NCBI GenBank assembly: GCA_963798915.1
Contig: CAWCVB010000003.1
Span: 1-64,000 of the forward strand
Length of the DNA stretch: 64,000 nt
Direction: 5' to 3'
DNA from: an uncultured Gemmatimonadales bacterium
GTDB taxonomy: Bacteria; Gemmatimonadota; Gemmatimonadetes; Gemmatimonadales; GWC2-71-9
Part shown: positions 9,826 through 21,324 of the stretch, in pieces
Layout: every line of letters starts with the position of its first letter
How positions within the stretch are numbered: the first letter of the stretch is position 1
Notes under the pieces: generated by a model
The model's input: the letters and a program-made list of their open reading frames with translations, nothing else
Database searches by the model: none
Told to the model about the DNA's origin: nothing
Position numbers and translations under genes: made by a program

Positions 9826-11893
9826 TCCTTTGCCGAGCGTGCCGGCGCATTCACTCATCGGCTGTGACGGGGGCGCCGTCGTCGCCGTACTGGGCGGCAT
9901 CTCTGCCAATCATGAAGTGAGCCCCGGCTGGTTTGAACGCCAAGTGGGACCGGGGCGGGCGGTGGACACCGGAACGTACCGGGTGCTCGGTCTGGACTGG
10001 GAGGTGATGTCCGGCAGGCCCACACGGACCCACGATCAGGCGGCTCGGCTCGCCCAGGTCCTCGACCAGCTTGGCATCGCCGCACTGGACGCTATCATCG
10101 GCGCCTCGTACGGTGGCATGGTGGCGCTGGCGTTCGCCGAGGAGTATCCCGGTCGGGTCGGGCGCCTTCTGGTGCTGAGCGCCGCGCACGCTGCGCATCC
10201 GATGGCGACCGCTCACCGCGTCATTCAGCGCCGCATCCTCGATCTTGGTGGCCGCGGGGCCCGGCGACAGGAAGCACTGGCGCTGGCCCGGGCGCTTGCG
10301 ATAACTACCTATCGGACAGCCGAGGAATTTTCCGCCCGATTCACCGTTGAACCGACCAGCGCCCCGAGCGGCGCGCGCTTTCCGGTGGAGGACTATCTCG
10401 AGCACTGCGGCGATCGGTTCGCGTGCAGCTGGACCGCCGAGCGGTACCGCGCCCTGTCGGAGTCACTGGATCTTCACCGGGTGGATCCGGCGCGAATCCG
10501 GACGCCCACGTTTCTGCTGGCCGTCGAGGGCGACACCATCGCCCCACCCGCACAAATGGGGGCACTGCAGCGCGCGCTGGCCGGTCCCTCGACGCTGACG
10601 ATCATTCCCTCGCGCTACGGGCATGATGCCTTTCTCAAGGAGGAGGCAGCAGTCTCCCGGTTTGTCCAGGAGGCGCTCAACCTCCCTGTGGCCGCGCGGA
10701 GCCCGGCGCAGTCAAGAACGATCTCGCGTGCCGAGGATCCGTGCCGGCCCGTCAATCCCGGGCCGGCGACCAGCGCGGTGCGAGCCGGCATCGGCAGTGA
10801 CCGCCACCATCGGGCGGTGGTGCCACCGATCCACCTCTCGTCGACGTTTGCGTTTGATGGCCTGGGCCGGAAAGGCACCTACGACTACACCAGATCCGGC
10901 AATCCCACTCGGGATCATTTGGCCCATGCGCTCGCCGACCTGGAGCTTGGCACCGGCGCGGTGGTCACGAGTTCCGGGATGTCAGCGGTGGCGCTGGTGC
11001 TGCAGCTGCTTCGGCCAGGAGAGATCGTGCTTGCCGCGCATGACTGCTACGGCGGGACTCACCGCGCGCTGGTGGGACTGGCGGGGAAGCAGCATTTCGT
11101 GCTGCGCCGGGCCGACCTCACTGCCCCTGACGCCGTGGAGCAGGTCAGGTCCAGCGGCGCCAAGCTGGTCTGGATCGAGACGCCAAGCAATCCACTGCTG
11201 CGACTGACCGACATCCGGAAGGTGGCAGACGCCGCGCACGACGCCGGGGCGCTGGTCGTGGTGGACAACACGTTCCTGTCGCCGGCGCTGCAGCGTCCCC
11301 TTGAACTGGGCGCGGACATCGTGGTCCATTCCACCACCAAATACCTGAATGGGCACAGCGACGTGGTAGGAGGGGCGGTGATCGCCCGCGACGCAGCGAT
11401 CCACGAGCAACTGGCCTGGTGGGCCAACTGTCTGGGGCTCGCCGGGGCTCCGTTCGACAGCTTCCTGACGCTGCGCGGGTTGCGAACGCTGGATGCGAGG
11501 ATGCGAGTGCACCAGGAGAATGCCGCTCGGCTCGCCGTCGCGCTGGAGCGGCAGCCCGCCGTTTCGAGCGTGCACTATCCGGGCTTGCCGGCGCACCCGC
11601 AGCACCTCCTGGCCCGGACCCAGCAATCGGGTTTCGGGGCAATGATCAGCTTCGAGCTGGGGGGAGGGATCGCCGCGGTGGAGTGCTTCCTGCCGCGGCT
11701 CCAATATTTCTCGCTCGCGGAATCACTGGGCGGAGTGGAAAGTCTCATTGCCCATCCGGCCACCATGACGCACGCGTCCATGGATGCCGAGGCCCGAAAG
11801 GTGGCGGGTATTTCAGACTCGCTGCTGCGGATTTCAGTCGGCATCGAAGACGGGACGGACCTGGAGCGGGATCTGGTAGAGGCGTTGGAGTGA
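9815..11893 (+). CDS. metX-metB: Fused homoserine O-acyltransferase (MetX, Xanthomonas-like short type) and cystathionine gamma-synthase (MetB)
   Basis: GTG start after GGGAGA; GGISA, IGASYGGMVAL (nucleophile Ser), YGHDAFLKE; in-frame linker; then PPIHLSSTF, YDYTRSGNPTR, HSTTKYLNGHSDVVGG, AESLGGVESL. Confidence 0.88.
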   Translation: MSRNPLPSVPAHSLIGCDGGAVVAVLGGISANHEVSPGWFERQVGPGRAVDTGTYRVLGLDWEVMSGRPTRTHDQAARLAQVLDQLGIAALDAIIGASYGGMVALAFAEEYPGRVGRLLVLSAAHAAHPMATAHRVIQRRILDLGGRGARRQEALALARALAITTYRTAEEFSARFTVEPTSAPSGARFPVEDYLEHCGDRFACSWTAERYRALSESLDLHRVDPARIRTPTFLLAVEGDTIAPPAQMGALQRALAGPSTLTIIPSRYGHDAFLKEEAAVSRFVQEALNLPVAARSPAQSRTISRAEDPCRPVNPGPATSAVRAGIGSDRHHRAVVPPIHLSSTFAFDGLGRKGTYDYTRSGNPTRDHLAHALADLELGTGAVVTSSGMSAVALVLQLLRPGEIVLAAHDCYGGTHRALVGLAGKQHFVLRRADLTAPDAVEQVRSSGAKLVWIETPSNPLLRLTDIRKVADAAHDAGALVVVDNTFLSPALQRPLELGADIVVHSTTKYLNGHSDVVGGAVIARDAAIHEQLAWWANCLGLAGAPFDSFLTLRGLRTLDARMRVHQENAARLAVALERQPAVSSVHYPGLPAHPQHLLARTQQSGFGAMISFELGGGIAAVECFLPRLQYFSLAESLGGVESLIAHPATMTHASMDAEARKVAGISDSLLRISVGIEDGTDLERDLVEALE

Positions 11894-11931
11894 GGGAGTG
11901 GGGAGTGGGGATTGGGGGCCAGGGACCAGGG
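11894..11931 (+). repeat. GGGNNNN heptamer array (5.5 units)
   Basis: GGGAGTG GGGAGTG GGGATTG GGGGCCA GGGACCA GGG. Confidence 0.75.
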
Positions 11932-11988
11932 CCGCTCGTCATTCCCTCGGAAGCGGGAAGATGGAGGCACATTCGAAGTGCGACAGCC

Positions 11989-12064
<76 letters not shown>

Positions 12065-12065
<1 letters not shown>

Positions 12066-13255
12066 CAGGCGCCCAACGTAAAACTGAACCTCGCGCCCTC
12101 CCCCGGCCTGGCCTCGGCCCAGACCCGCCCGCCATGCCGGTGAATGACCCGCCGCACCGTGGCGAGGCCGATGCCCGTGCCCGGAAATTCGTCGGCGCGA
12201 TGCAACCGCTGGAACGGCCCGAAGAGCCGGTCTGCAAACGCCATGTCGAAACCCACACCGTTGTCCTGCACAAAGTAGGTCCGCTCACCATTGCGCTGCT
12301 GGAGGCCGAACTCGATCACGGCATCGGGCCGCCTGGCGGTGAATTTCCAGGCGTTCTGCAGCAGGTTGTCCAGCGCGATCCGGAGCAGGCGCCCGTCCCC
12401 GCTTACGATGATACCGGGCCGGATTTTGGTGACGACGTTGCGGCTCGGATCGGCATGGCGCATGTGCTGGAAGGTCAGCCGGGCCAGTTCGCTCAGGTCC
12501 ACCTCATGTTCCCGCAGCTCGGCGCTGGTGACGCGAGCCAGATGAATGACATCGTCAATCAACTGTCCCATGTGCGTCACGCTGGTGCGGATGTTGCCAA
12601 GAAATCGGGTGCCAGCCGGGGACGTGACCTCGCCACTCTCCTCCAGCGCCCGCGCAAACCCGTCAATGCGCCGCAGCGGGGCCCGGAGATCATGGGACAC
12701 CGCGTAGCTGAAGCTCTCCAGCTCGCGGTTCTTGTGCTCCAGGTCCCGGATGAGGGCCTTCTGCGTCACCGTGAGCGTAAGGGCTGCTTCCTCGCTGGCG
12801 CGCAACCGTTCGGCCTGGCGGGTAAGCTCGGCGTTCCGGCGGGCCAGCTCCACGAACACCGCCACCTTGGACCGGACAAATTCCGGCACCACCGGCTTGA
12901 TCAGGTAATCGACGGCGCCGACAGCGTAGCCGCGCACCGCCATCTGGGCATCCCGGTCGGCTGCGGTGAGGAAGATGATCGGCGTATCACGTGAACGCTC
13001 GCGCTGCCGGATCAGCTCGGCGGTTTCGAATCCGTCCATGTCCGGCATCTTCACGTCCAGCAGGATGACCGCGACATCCGCCAGCAGCAGCTGCTTGAGC
13101 GCCTCGCGACCGGATGTGGCAGTGACGATCTCCCGGCTGATGCCCTCGAGCATCGCCTTGAGCGCCACCAGGTTGGCGGGCTGGTCATCGACCAGCAGGA
13201 TCCGGACCCCCGGCTGGCCCTCGACCGCCTCGGGCTCCACTAGCGGTGCAGCCAT
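12065..13255 (-). CDS. Receiver-histidine kinase (REC-HisKA-HATPase)
   Basis: [51 protein letters not shown]. Confidence 0.92.
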
Positions 13256-16200
13256 ACCCTGAGCAGCGACAAGAGCTGGTCGGTATCCACCGGCTTGGCG
13301 ATATAGTCCACGGCGCCGGCCTCGATGCATTTCTCGCGGTCACCCTTCATCGCCTTGGCCGTCACGGCAATCACAGGCAACTTCCGGAATCTTGGCTGTT
13401 CCCGGATGGCCCGGGTGGTTTCGTATCCATCCATTTCCGGCATCATCACATCCATCAGGACGATATCAATGCCTGGCACCTCCTGGAGCCGGGCAAGCCC
13501 TTCCCGTCCGCTTTCGGCATGGACGACATTCATGCCGCTGCGCTCGAGCAGCGTCGTCAGGGCAAAGATGTTCCTGACGTCGTCATCCACAATCAGCACG
13601 GTGCGACCGAGCAGCGCCGGATCCTGCTGGCGCACCCGGTCGAGCATCTGTTGCCCCGACTCGGGAAGCTGCTCGGTGACCCGGTGAAGGTAGAGCGAAG
13701 TATCGTCGAGCAGCCGCTCCGGTGAACGCGCGTCCTTGATCACCACGGACTCCGCCAGGCGCCCAAGCTCCAGCTCTTCCGTTCGCGAGAGCGACTTTCC
13801 GGTGTAGACCACGGTCGGCAGCTTGCGGAGGCCCACTTCACTCTTGACCCGCTTGACCAGCTGAAAGCCGGTCATGTCCGGCAGGCCCAGATCCAGCACC
13901 ATGCAGTCGAACCGGCGGGCCTGAAGCTGGTCGAGTGCCTCGGCGCCACTGCCGACGGCGGTGGTCTCGACGTCCTCACCCGCGAGCAGCGTCATGATGC
14001 TGTTCCGCTGGGCCAGGTCGTCCTCGACAATGAGCAGCCGCTTCACCGGCCGGTCCACAAAGTCCGTAAGCGCGCGGAGTGACTCGGCAATACTGTCCCG
14101 GCTGGCGGGCTTGGTGAGGAAGTCGATGGCGCCAAGGCGCAGACCCCGCTGCCAGTTTTCCTCGACCGAGATGACGTGGACCGGAATGTGGCGGGTCGCC
14201 GGGTCGTGCTTGAGACGGTCGAGGATGGTCCAGCCGTCGGCATCCGGCAGACGAAGATCGAGGGTCACGGCGGTGGGAAGGAATTCGCGCGCCAGGGCGA
14301 GCGCCTGGTCCGCGCGCTGGGCCACGATTCCCTTGAAGCCGTGCTCCCGGGCAAGGTCCAGCAGGATCTGCGCGAACGCCGGGTCATCTTCCGCGATCAG
14401 CAGCACCCGCTCACCGGCCGCAATCGAGCCGCGATCGTCGCCGATGGTGCGCTCCACCGTTGGCAGGATGGTGAGCCGGGAGCCCAGCGGCGCCTTGGGA
14501 GATTCGATCGTCGCGACGCGGACGGCCTCCTCGGCTTCGTCGGGGCTCTCGAGCGGAAACGCGGCAGGAAGATAGAGGGTGAAGGTGCTGCCCTCGCCGG
14601 GCTGGCTCTCCAGGCAGATCTCGCCGCCGAGGAGTCGGGCAATCTGGCGGCTGATGGAAAGGCCGAGGCCGGTCCCACCGTACTTGCGACTGGTGGTGCC
14701 GTCGCCCTGCTGGAATGCCTCGAAGATGACGGCGTGCTTGTCGTGCGAGATGCCGATGCCGGTGTCGGTGACGCTGAACGCGATGACCGCCTCGGCCGAG
14801 TCGAGATGCACCTGGCCCGGGCTCCAGCCATTCGTGGCTACCCGCGCATCCAGTGACACCCGGCCCCGTTCGGTAAACTTGAATGCGTTGGACAGGAGGT
14901 TCTTGAGCACCTGCTGCAGCCGCTTGGCATCGGTCTGCACCACCGCGGGCAGGTTCTGGCCCAGCCGCACGTCGAAATCGAGGTGCTTGAGGTCGGCCAT
15001 CTGGCGGAAGGTGCCTTCCACGAACCGCCGCAGGTCGGCAAAGGGAATATTGCCGACGTCCACGGCCATCGTCCCGGACTCGATCTTGGAGAGGTCCAGG
15101 ATATCATTGATCAGGTCGAGGAGGTCGGAGCCCGACGAGTGAATCGTCTGGGCATAGCCGACTTGCTTGCCGGTCAGATTGGCCTCGGCATTCTCCGACA
15201 GGATCTGGGAGAGGATCAGCAGGCTGTTGAGCGGGGTCCGGAGTTCGTGCGACATGTTCGCCAGGAACTCGGACTTGTACTTGGACGTGAGGGCGAGCTG
15301 TTCGGCCTTCTCTTCCAGCGCCACCTTGGCCTGTTCCACCTCGCGGTTCTTCTGCTCAACCTCGGTCTTCTGCATCGAAAGCAGCCGGGCCTTGTCCTCC
15401 AGTTCGAGGTTGGTCTGCTGCAGCTCGTCCTGCTGCTTCTTGAGCAGCTCCTCGGACTGCTGGAGCGAGCGGGTCTGCTGCTCCAGCCGCTGGTTGGTCT
15501 CGGTGAGCGCCTCACGCTGCGACTGCAGGCTCTCGGTCAGCGCCTGGGACTGCTTCAGCAGTTCCTCGGTGCGCATGTTGGCGATGATCGTATTCAACAC
15601 GATGCCGATGCTCTCGGCCAGCTGCTCCAGGAAGTTGAGCCGGATCTCGTCGACCGGCTCGAACGTGGCCAGTTCCAGCACCGCCTTGACGTTGCCTTCG
15701 AAGAGCACTGGAATGACCACGATGTTCCGCGGCGCGGCCGCGCCCAGGCCCGAATTGATGCGGATGTACTCGCCAGGCACCTCGTTCAGCATCAGGACGC
15801 GCCGGTCCACGGCGCACTGGCCTACCAGTCCCTCGCCCAGCCGGAAGGAGCGGGGACTGTCCTGGCGTCCCTCGTTGGCGTAACTGGCCAGCAGTTCCAG
15901 CCGTACCTCGCTGCCGGTGCCATCCACCAGATAGAACACCCCATGATGGGCCGCCACCAGCGGGGCCAGGTCAGAGAGAATCAATTCCGAGACCGCAGTG
16001 AGGTCGCGCTGTCCCTGGAGCATCCGGCTGAACTTGGCGAGGTTGGTCTTGAGCCAGTCCTGCTCGGTGTTCTTGCGCGTGGTGTCGCGCAGGTTGCGGA
16101 TCATCTCGTTGATATTGTCCTTCAGCTGCGCCACCTCGCCCTGCGCCTCCACCGTGATGGACCGGGTCAGGTCGCCCTTGGTGACCGCGGTGGCCACTTC

Positions 16201-18273
16201 CGCGATGGCGCGGACCTGCGTGGTGAGGTTGGCCGCGAGCTGATTGACGTTGGCAGTGAGGTCGCGCCAGATGCCGGCCGCGCCGGGCACCCGGGCCTGG
16301 CCGCCCAGCTTGCCATCAATCCCGACTTCGCGCGCCACGTTGGTCACCTGGTCGGCAAAGGTCGCCAGGGTGCCGATCATTGCATTGATGGTCTCGGCGA
16401 GCGTCGCAATCTCGCCCTTGACCTCCACCACCAGCTGCTGCTTCAGGTCGCCGTTGGCCACGGCCGTCACCACGCGAGCAATGCCGCGCACCTGCGCGGT
16501 GAGGTTGCCGGCCATGGAGTTCACGTTGTCGGTGAGGTCCTTCCAGACCCCGCCCACGCCCTTCACTTCCGCCTGGCCGCCCAGCTTGCCTTCGGTGCCC
16601 ACCTCGCGGGCCACGCGCGTCACTTCCGAGGCGAAGGAGTTGAGCTGGTCCACCATGGTATTGACGGTGTTCTTGAGCTCCAGGATCTCGCCCCGCACAT
16701 CCACCGTGATCTTCTTGTCGAGTTCGCCGCGGGCCACGGCGGTCGTGACGTCGGCAATATTGCGGACCTGGGAGGTGAGGTTGCCCGCCATCGAGTTGAC
16801 GTTGTCGGTCAGGTCCTTCCAGACGCCACCGACGCCCTTCACGTAGGCCTGGCCGCCCAGCTTGCCTTCGGTGCCCACCTCACGGGCCACACGGGTCACT
16901 TCCGACGCAAAGGAATTCAGCTGGTCCACCATGGTGTTGACCGTATCCTTGAGCTCGGCGATTTCTCCTTTCACGTCCACCGTGATCTTCTTGTCCAGTT
17001 CGCCGCGGGCCACCGCCGTGGTCACTTCAGCAATGTTCCGCACCTGCGAGGTCAGGTTGCCGGCCATCGAATTCACGTTGTCGGTGAGGTCCTTCCAGAC
17101 CCCGCCCACGCCCTTCACGTAGGCCTGGCCGCCGAGCTTGCCTTCGGTGCCCACCTCGCGGGCGACGCGGGTGACTTCCGAGGCAAAGGAGTTGAGCTGG
17201 TCCACCATCGTGTTGATGGTGTTCTTGAGTTCCAGGATTTCGCCGCGGACATCCACGGTGATCTTCTTGGAGAGGTCGCCGTTGGCGACTGCGGTCGTCA
17301 CCTGTGCGATGTTGCGGACCTGGGTGGTGAGGTTCGCGGCCATCGAGTTGACGTTGTCGGTGAGGTCCTTCCAGGTTCCGCCCACGCCGCGGACCTGGGC
17401 CTGGCCACCGAGCTTTCCTTCGGTTCCGACTTCGCGGGCGACGCGGGTGACTTCCGAGGCAAAGGAGTTGAGCTGGTCCACCATCGTGTTGATGGTGTCC
17501 TTGAGCTCTGCGATTTCGCCCTTCACGTCCACCGTGATCTTGCGGTTCAGCTCGCCGCGGGCGACGGCAGTGGTCACCTCGGCAATGTTGCGGACCTGGG
17601 TTGTCAGGTTGGCCGCCATGGAATTGACGTTGTCGGTCAGGTCCTTCCAAGTCCCGGCCACGCCCTTGACCTGGGCCTGCCCGCCCAGCTTGCCCTCGGT
17701 GCCCACTTCGCGGGCCACGCGCGTCACTTCCGAGGCAAAGAGGCCCAGCTGGTCCACCATGCCGTTGACCGTGCGCCCGATCCGCAGGAACTCGCCCATC
17801 AGGGGCCGGCCGTCGATGTCGAGCGCCATGCTCTGGGAGAGGTCGCCCTTGGCCACCGCGCCCAGCACGCGCGCCACCTCGCTGGTCGGCTGCACCAGGT
17901 CGCCGATCAGGGCGTTCATCGAGTTGACCGGCGCAGCCCAGGACCCACCGGCGCCGCGGAGCGAGGCCCGCTGGCTGATCCGGCCCTCCTTGCCGACCAC
18001 CTGGCTCACCCGGTCGATCTCGGTGACGAGGTCCTGGTTCATCTGGATGATGTCGTTGAGGGTGTCCGCCACCTTGCCGCGCACCCCGATCCGGTCCCGG
18101 GGAAGCCGTACGCTGAAGTCGCCCCGCTTCACGGCAGTGAGCACCTCGAGCAGTTCGGCCGCATCGATCCCGTCAGGGCTTCCATCGCCATTCAGTGCGG
18201 TCACCGTGCGGACGGCCTTGGCACCCGCGCGCCGGCTGGTGCGGGGCCTGGAGGAAGAAGTGTCGTCGGACAT
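13240..18273 (-). CDS. Cytoplasmic poly-HAMP hybrid histidine kinase (HAMP repeats-GAF-HisKA-HATPase-3xREC), group III/OsaA-like
   Basis: ~92 aa repeats [59 protein letters not shown], three receiver domains; GAGGA RBS at the MSDD start. Confidence 0.93.
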   Translation of the reverse strand: MSDDTSSSRPRTSRRAGAKAVRTVTALNGDGSPDGIDAAELLEVLTAVKRGDFSVRLPRDRIGVRGKVADTLNDIIQMNQDLVTEIDRVSQVVGKEGRISQRASLRGAGGSWAAPVNSMNALIGDLVQPTSEVARVLGAVAKGDLSQSMALDIDGRPLMGEFLRIGRTVNGMVDQLGLFASEVTRVAREVGTEGKLGGQAQVKGVAGTWKDLTDNVNSMAANLTTQVRNIAEVTTAVARGELNRKITVDVKGEIAELKDTINTMVDQLNSFASEVTRVAREVGTEGKLGGQAQVRGVGGTWKDLTDNVNSMAANLTTQVRNIAQVTTAVANGDLSKKITVDVRGEILELKNTINTMVDQLNSFASEVTRVAREVGTEGKLGGQAYVKGVGGVWKDLTDNVNSMAGNLTSQVRNIAEVTTAVARGELDKKITVDVKGEIAELKDTVNTMVDQLNSFASEVTRVAREVGTEGKLGGQAYVKGVGGVWKDLTDNVNSMAGNLTSQVRNIADVTTAVARGELDKKITVDVRGEILELKNTVNTMVDQLNSFASEVTRVAREVGTEGKLGGQAEVKGVGGVWKDLTDNVNSMAGNLTAQVRGIARVVTAVANGDLKQQLVVEVKGEIATLAETINAMIGTLATFADQVTNVAREVGIDGKLGGQARVPGAAGIWRDLTANVNQLAANLTTQVRAIAEVATAVTKGDLTRSITVEAQGEVAQLKDNINEMIRNLRDTTRKNTEQDWLKTNLAKFSRMLQGQRDLTAVSELILSDLAPLVAAHHGVFYLVDGTGSEVRLELLASYANEGRQDSPRSFRLGEGLVGQCAVDRRVLMLNEVPGEYIRINSGLGAAAPRNIVVIPVLFEGNVKAVLELATFEPVDEIRLNFLEQLAESIGIVLNTIIANMRTEELLKQSQALTESLQSQREALTETNQRLEQQTRSLQQSEELLKKQQDELQQTNLELEDKARLLSMQKTEVEQKNREVEQAKVALEEKAEQLALTSKYKSEFLANMSHELRTPLNSLLILSQILSENAEANLTGKQVGYAQTIHSSGSDLLDLINDILDLSKIESGTMAVDVGNIPFADLRRFVEGTFRQMADLKHLDFDVRLGQNLPAVVQTDAKRLQQVLKNLLSNAFKFTERGRVSLDARVATNGWSPGQVHLDSAEAVIAFSVTDTGIGISHDKHAVIFEAFQQGDGTTSRKYGGTGLGLSISRQIARLLGGEICLESQPGEGSTFTLYLPAAFPLESPDEAEEAVRVATIESPKAPLGSRLTILPTVERTIGDDRGSIAAGERVLLIAEDDPAFAQILLDLAREHGFKGIVAQRADQALALAREFLPTAVTLDLRLPDADGWTILDRLKHDPATRHIPVHVISVEENWQRGLRLGAIDFLTKPASRDSIAESLRALTDFVDRPVKRLLIVEDDLAQRNSIMTLLAGEDVETTAVGSGAEALDQLQARRFDCMVLDLGLPDMTGFQLVKRVKSEVGLRKLPTVVYTGKSLSRTEELELGRLAESVVIKDARSPERLLDDTSLYLHRVTEQLPESGQQMLDRVRQQDPALLGRTVLIVDDDVRNIFALTTLLERSGMNVVHAESGREGLARLQEVPGIDIVLMDVMMPEMDGYETTRAIREQPRFRKLPVIAVTAKAMKGDREKCIEAGAVDYIAKPVDTDQLLSLLRVWLHR
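16200..17930 (-). repeat. Intragenic ~276 bp HAMP tandem repeats (6 close copies plus a degenerate one further upstream in the gene)
   Basis: Recurring VAREVG..GKLGGQA units, near-identical at DNA level. Confidence 0.9.
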
Positions 18274-18493
18274 GAAGTGGTCCTCAGGCAAGACGCGCGA
18301 ACCAGCGCGCGGAAGATATGATTCTGAGTAAAGGCCCCGGCAGTCGGGTCGCCTGGTTATGAGCATGGACTCTGATGGCGCCAGGGTCAAGGCCAGCCCG
18401 TTTGACAGCAGGCCCCGGGCAGGCGAACGTTGTTCGGCTACCCTTCCCCAGGCTCGACCGCCGGCAGCCGGCCGCCGGCTGGACAGATAGCAG

Positions 18494-20500
18494 ATGACTC
18501 CTGCACCGCTGCTGGTCCTGCTGCTCGAAGACGTCGCGATGGACGCCGAGCTGCTGGAATTCGAGTTGAAGCATTCCGGCCTCGCCTGCGAAATCCGGCG
18601 GGTGGACTCGCGTGAGGCCTACGTCGAGGCCCTGCGTGACTTCCGGCCGGACGTCATTCTTTCCGACTTTTCCCTTCCCCAGTTTGACGGCATGCACGCG
18701 CTGGAGCTGGCGCGGGCCTGGGCCGTGACCGTGCCGTTCATCGTCGTCACCGGTTCCATCAATGAGGAGACGGCCGTCAAGTGCATGAAGGCCGGCGCCA
18801 CCGACTATGTGCTCAAGAGCAACCTGAGCCGCATCGGTCCCGCCGTACGGACGGCGCTCGAGCGGGAGCGCGAACGAGGCGAGCGGGAGCGTACCCAGAT
18901 CGCGCTGCGCCGATCCGAGGCGGACCTGCGCGCCATCTTTGACTCAACGGCGCAGGCCCTGGTGCTGCTCGGGCCGGAAAGCCGGGTGCGCCTGTTCAAT
19001 GCCGCGGCCGCCGAGGCCGAGGAGCACTGCGGTGGCTCGATCGGCATCGGTGTGCCCGCCGCCAGGCTGAGTCTCGTGAGCGAAGAGCACCTGCGGCAGG
19101 CGCTCGCCGGCGAGCGAGTCACCATCGAGGCAGCGCCCGGAGACGGAAGCCTGCGGTTTGACATCACCTATGCGCCGGTCCGGGATGATCGCGACGCGGT
19201 GATCGGGGTCTGCATCACGGCCGTGGACATTACCGAGCGCCGGCGCATGGATGAGCACCTGCGGCGCGCCGAACGGATGCAGGCCACGGGCAGGCTGGCC
19301 GGCGGCGTGGCTCACGAAGTGAACAACATGATGACGGCCATCCTCGGCTTCGGCGACTTTGTCCTCAAGAGCCTCGCGCCGGACGATGTCCGGACCGGAG
19401 ATGTGCAGGAAATCCTGAAGGCGGCCCACCGGGCCGCGGACGTCACGCGCCAGTTGCTGGCCTTCAGCCGGCAGCAGGTGCTGCACCCCCGCACGATCGA
19501 CCTGAACATCGTGCTCCAGGACGTGCTGCCCATGCTCCAGCGGTCAGTAGCCGAGGAACACGCGCTGGTGATGCAACTGGCGCCGGAGCCGTGCTGCTGC
19601 CACGCCGATCCCGGGCAGATCGAGCAGGTGATCCTGAACCTGGTGCTGAATGCCCGGGATGCAATGCCGTCAGGTGGACGCATCACCATCCAGACGGCGC
19701 AGCAGACGTTCGACGACATCTATGCCGCCCGTCACCCCGACCTCCGGCTACCGACCGGCGACTTCATCATGATTGCGGTGAGTGACACCGGCGCCGGGAT
19801 GGACCGGGCAACCATGCACCGCATCTTCGAGCCGTTCTTCACCACCAAGCCCGTCGGTCAGGGCACCGGGCTGGGGCTCTCCACCGCGTACGGCATCATC
19901 AAGCAGAGCAACGGTTTCATCTTTGCCTACAGCGAACCGGGCGACGGCACCGTCTTCAAGGCCTACCTGCCGCGCTCTCCCGAGAGCGCCGAGCGTCCTT
20001 CGGGACCGCGCCGGATGCCGCCGCGGGGCGGCTCGGAGACGATTCTGGTGGTGGAGGACGAGGCGGTGGTCCGGCAGCTCGCCGCGCGAGCGCTGCGCGA
20101 ATTCGGTTACTCGATCATCGAGGCAGAGAACGGGAAGGCGGCCCTGGAGATCTTCAAGCAGCGGTCACAGGAAATCGCGCTGGTCCTGACGGACGTGGCA
20201 ATGCCGGAAATGGGCGGGAGTGAACTGGCTGCCCGGCTGGAGGAATTCGCCCCGGATCTGCCGGTGCTGTTTACGTCCGGGTATACCGGAGAGGAAGTCG
20301 TGGAACGGGGACTGCTGCCGCACGGTGTTGCCTTCCAGTCCAAGCCCTTTGCCCCGGACGCCCTGGCGTCGCGGGTCCGCCGGTTGCTCGACCAGGTCCC
20401 GCGGAGCCGGAACGGCGGTCCGCCCGGCGCCGGCGACGCTATTGAGACGGCGGCGGCGAGGGACGGAGCAACGCCAGACGGACAGCATCAACCACGATAG
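18494..20500 (+). CDS. Hybrid sensor kinase REC-PAS-HisKA-HATPase-REC
   Basis: [57 protein letters not shown]. Confidence 0.92.
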   Translation: MTPAPLLVLLLEDVAMDAELLEFELKHSGLACEIRRVDSREAYVEALRDFRPDVILSDFSLPQFDGMHALELARAWAVTVPFIVVTGSINEETAVKCMKAGATDYVLKSNLSRIGPAVRTALERERERGERERTQIALRRSEADLRAIFDSTAQALVLLGPESRVRLFNAAAAEAEEHCGGSIGIGVPAARLSLVSEEHLRQALAGERVTIEAAPGDGSLRFDITYAPVRDDRDAVIGVCITAVDITERRRMDEHLRRAERMQATGRLAGGVAHEVNNMMTAILGFGDFVLKSLAPDDVRTGDVQEILKAAHRAADVTRQLLAFSRQQVLHPRTIDLNIVLQDVLPMLQRSVAEEHALVMQLAPEPCCCHADPGQIEQVILNLVLNARDAMPSGGRITIQTAQQTFDDIYAARHPDLRLPTGDFIMIAVSDTGAGMDRATMHRIFEPFFTTKPVGQGTGLGLSTAYGIIKQSNGFIFAYSEPGDGTVFKAYLPRSPESAERPSGPRRMPPRGGSETILVVEDEAVVRQLAARALREFGYSIIEAENGKAALEIFKQRSQEIALVLTDVAMPEMGGSELAARLEEFAPDLPVLFTSGYTGEEVVERGLLPHGVAFQSKPFAPDALASRVRRLLDQVPRSRNGGPPGAGDAIETAAARDGATPDGQHQPR

Positions 20501-20828
20501 AGAGGTCGTGGAGCTTGCTCACGAGTGGCACGCCCCGCGCTTCGATGAGCTCATGCACCGCCGGCTCGTGCGCCAGCCCGCTCAGGAAGACCACGCGCTC
20601 TTTCAGATGGGGCGCTTGGGTCACGATCGCGTCGTAGAGGGCCAGTCCGTTCAGTTCAGGCATGATCACATCGCAGACGACGGCATCGATGTCACCGCCA
20701 CCCCGCAGGACGGCCAGTCCCTCGGCGCCGCTGCCCGCCTCCAGGACGCGCATCCCTGCCCGTTCGAAGTGCCGACGCACCGCGCGTCGCACCGAGGCTT
20801 CATCGTCTACCACCAGTACCGTGGGCAC
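20439..20828 (-). CDS. Single-domain response regulator (paralog of 34283-34657)
   Basis: VLVVDDE, VCDVIMPELNG, FLSG, SK; about 74% aa identical to the second copy by hand count. Confidence 0.8.
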   Translation of the reverse strand: MPTVLVVDDEASVRRAVRRHFERAGMRVLEAGSGAEGLAVLRGGGDIDAVVCDVIMPELNGLALYDAIVTQAPHLKERVVFLSGLAHEPAVHELIEARGVPLVSKLHDLSIVVDAVRLALLRPSPPPSQ

Positions 20829-20913
20829 AGGCTTAATACTTCCGTTTCCATCTCCCACGTCAAGCGACCTCCTGGTTTGACCCATCCGTCGCCAGTCGGC
20901 TGCCTTTCCCGCC

Positions 20914-21146
20914 ATGACGACGGAAATAGTGGTCGAAAAGACCGCTGAAGACGTGGCCTCACGTTCGCTCAAGGTGACGGTGCCGCTGGAACGGGGGCAG
21001 GCCGCCGAAGACAAGGCGCTGAAGTACTATCCCAAGCGGGCTCGCCTTCCTGGCTTCCGGCAGGGGAAGGCGCCGGAGGCGGTGGTTCGGCGCCGCCTTG
21101 GCGACGCCATCCGGCAGTCGGCGCTCGAGGAAGTGGTGCGGGATGG
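20914..21146 (+). pseudogene. tig: Trigger factor 5' fragment (~78 codons)
   Basis: About 9 differences in 233 nt from 34742-34974; homology stops at ...EEVVRDG; the -10 box is changed from TACCTT to TGCCTT. Confidence 0.92.
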
Positions 21147-21232
21147 TTGTGGCAGGCCGGACGGGCGATGCAATGACGCGGAGGGTTGCTCAGCTTCGAC
21201 GGGTTCCCCCGGAGGCATCATCATGTAGTCGC

Positions 21233-21305
21233 GCGAACGTGGCGGACGCGCAGGACTTAGGATCCTGTCCCGCAAGGGGTCCGGGTTCGACTCCCGGCGT
21301 TCGCA
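21233..21305 (+). pseudogene. tRNA-Leu(TAG) pseudogene with a 9 nt D-arm deletion
   Basis: Matches 859-941 but lacks ACTGGCAGA; ~80 nt of upstream flank (21153-21232) is also homologous to 777-858. Confidence 0.85.
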
Positions 21306-21324
21306 TCTCCCTCCAGAAACGGCC

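Noticed and set aside
14983..18321. 1112 aa plus-strand ORF and other long antisense ORFs (e.g. 54126-56150, 42119-43933, 27519-29168)
   Set aside because: Shadow ORFs of high-GC coding strands with no recognisable motifs.
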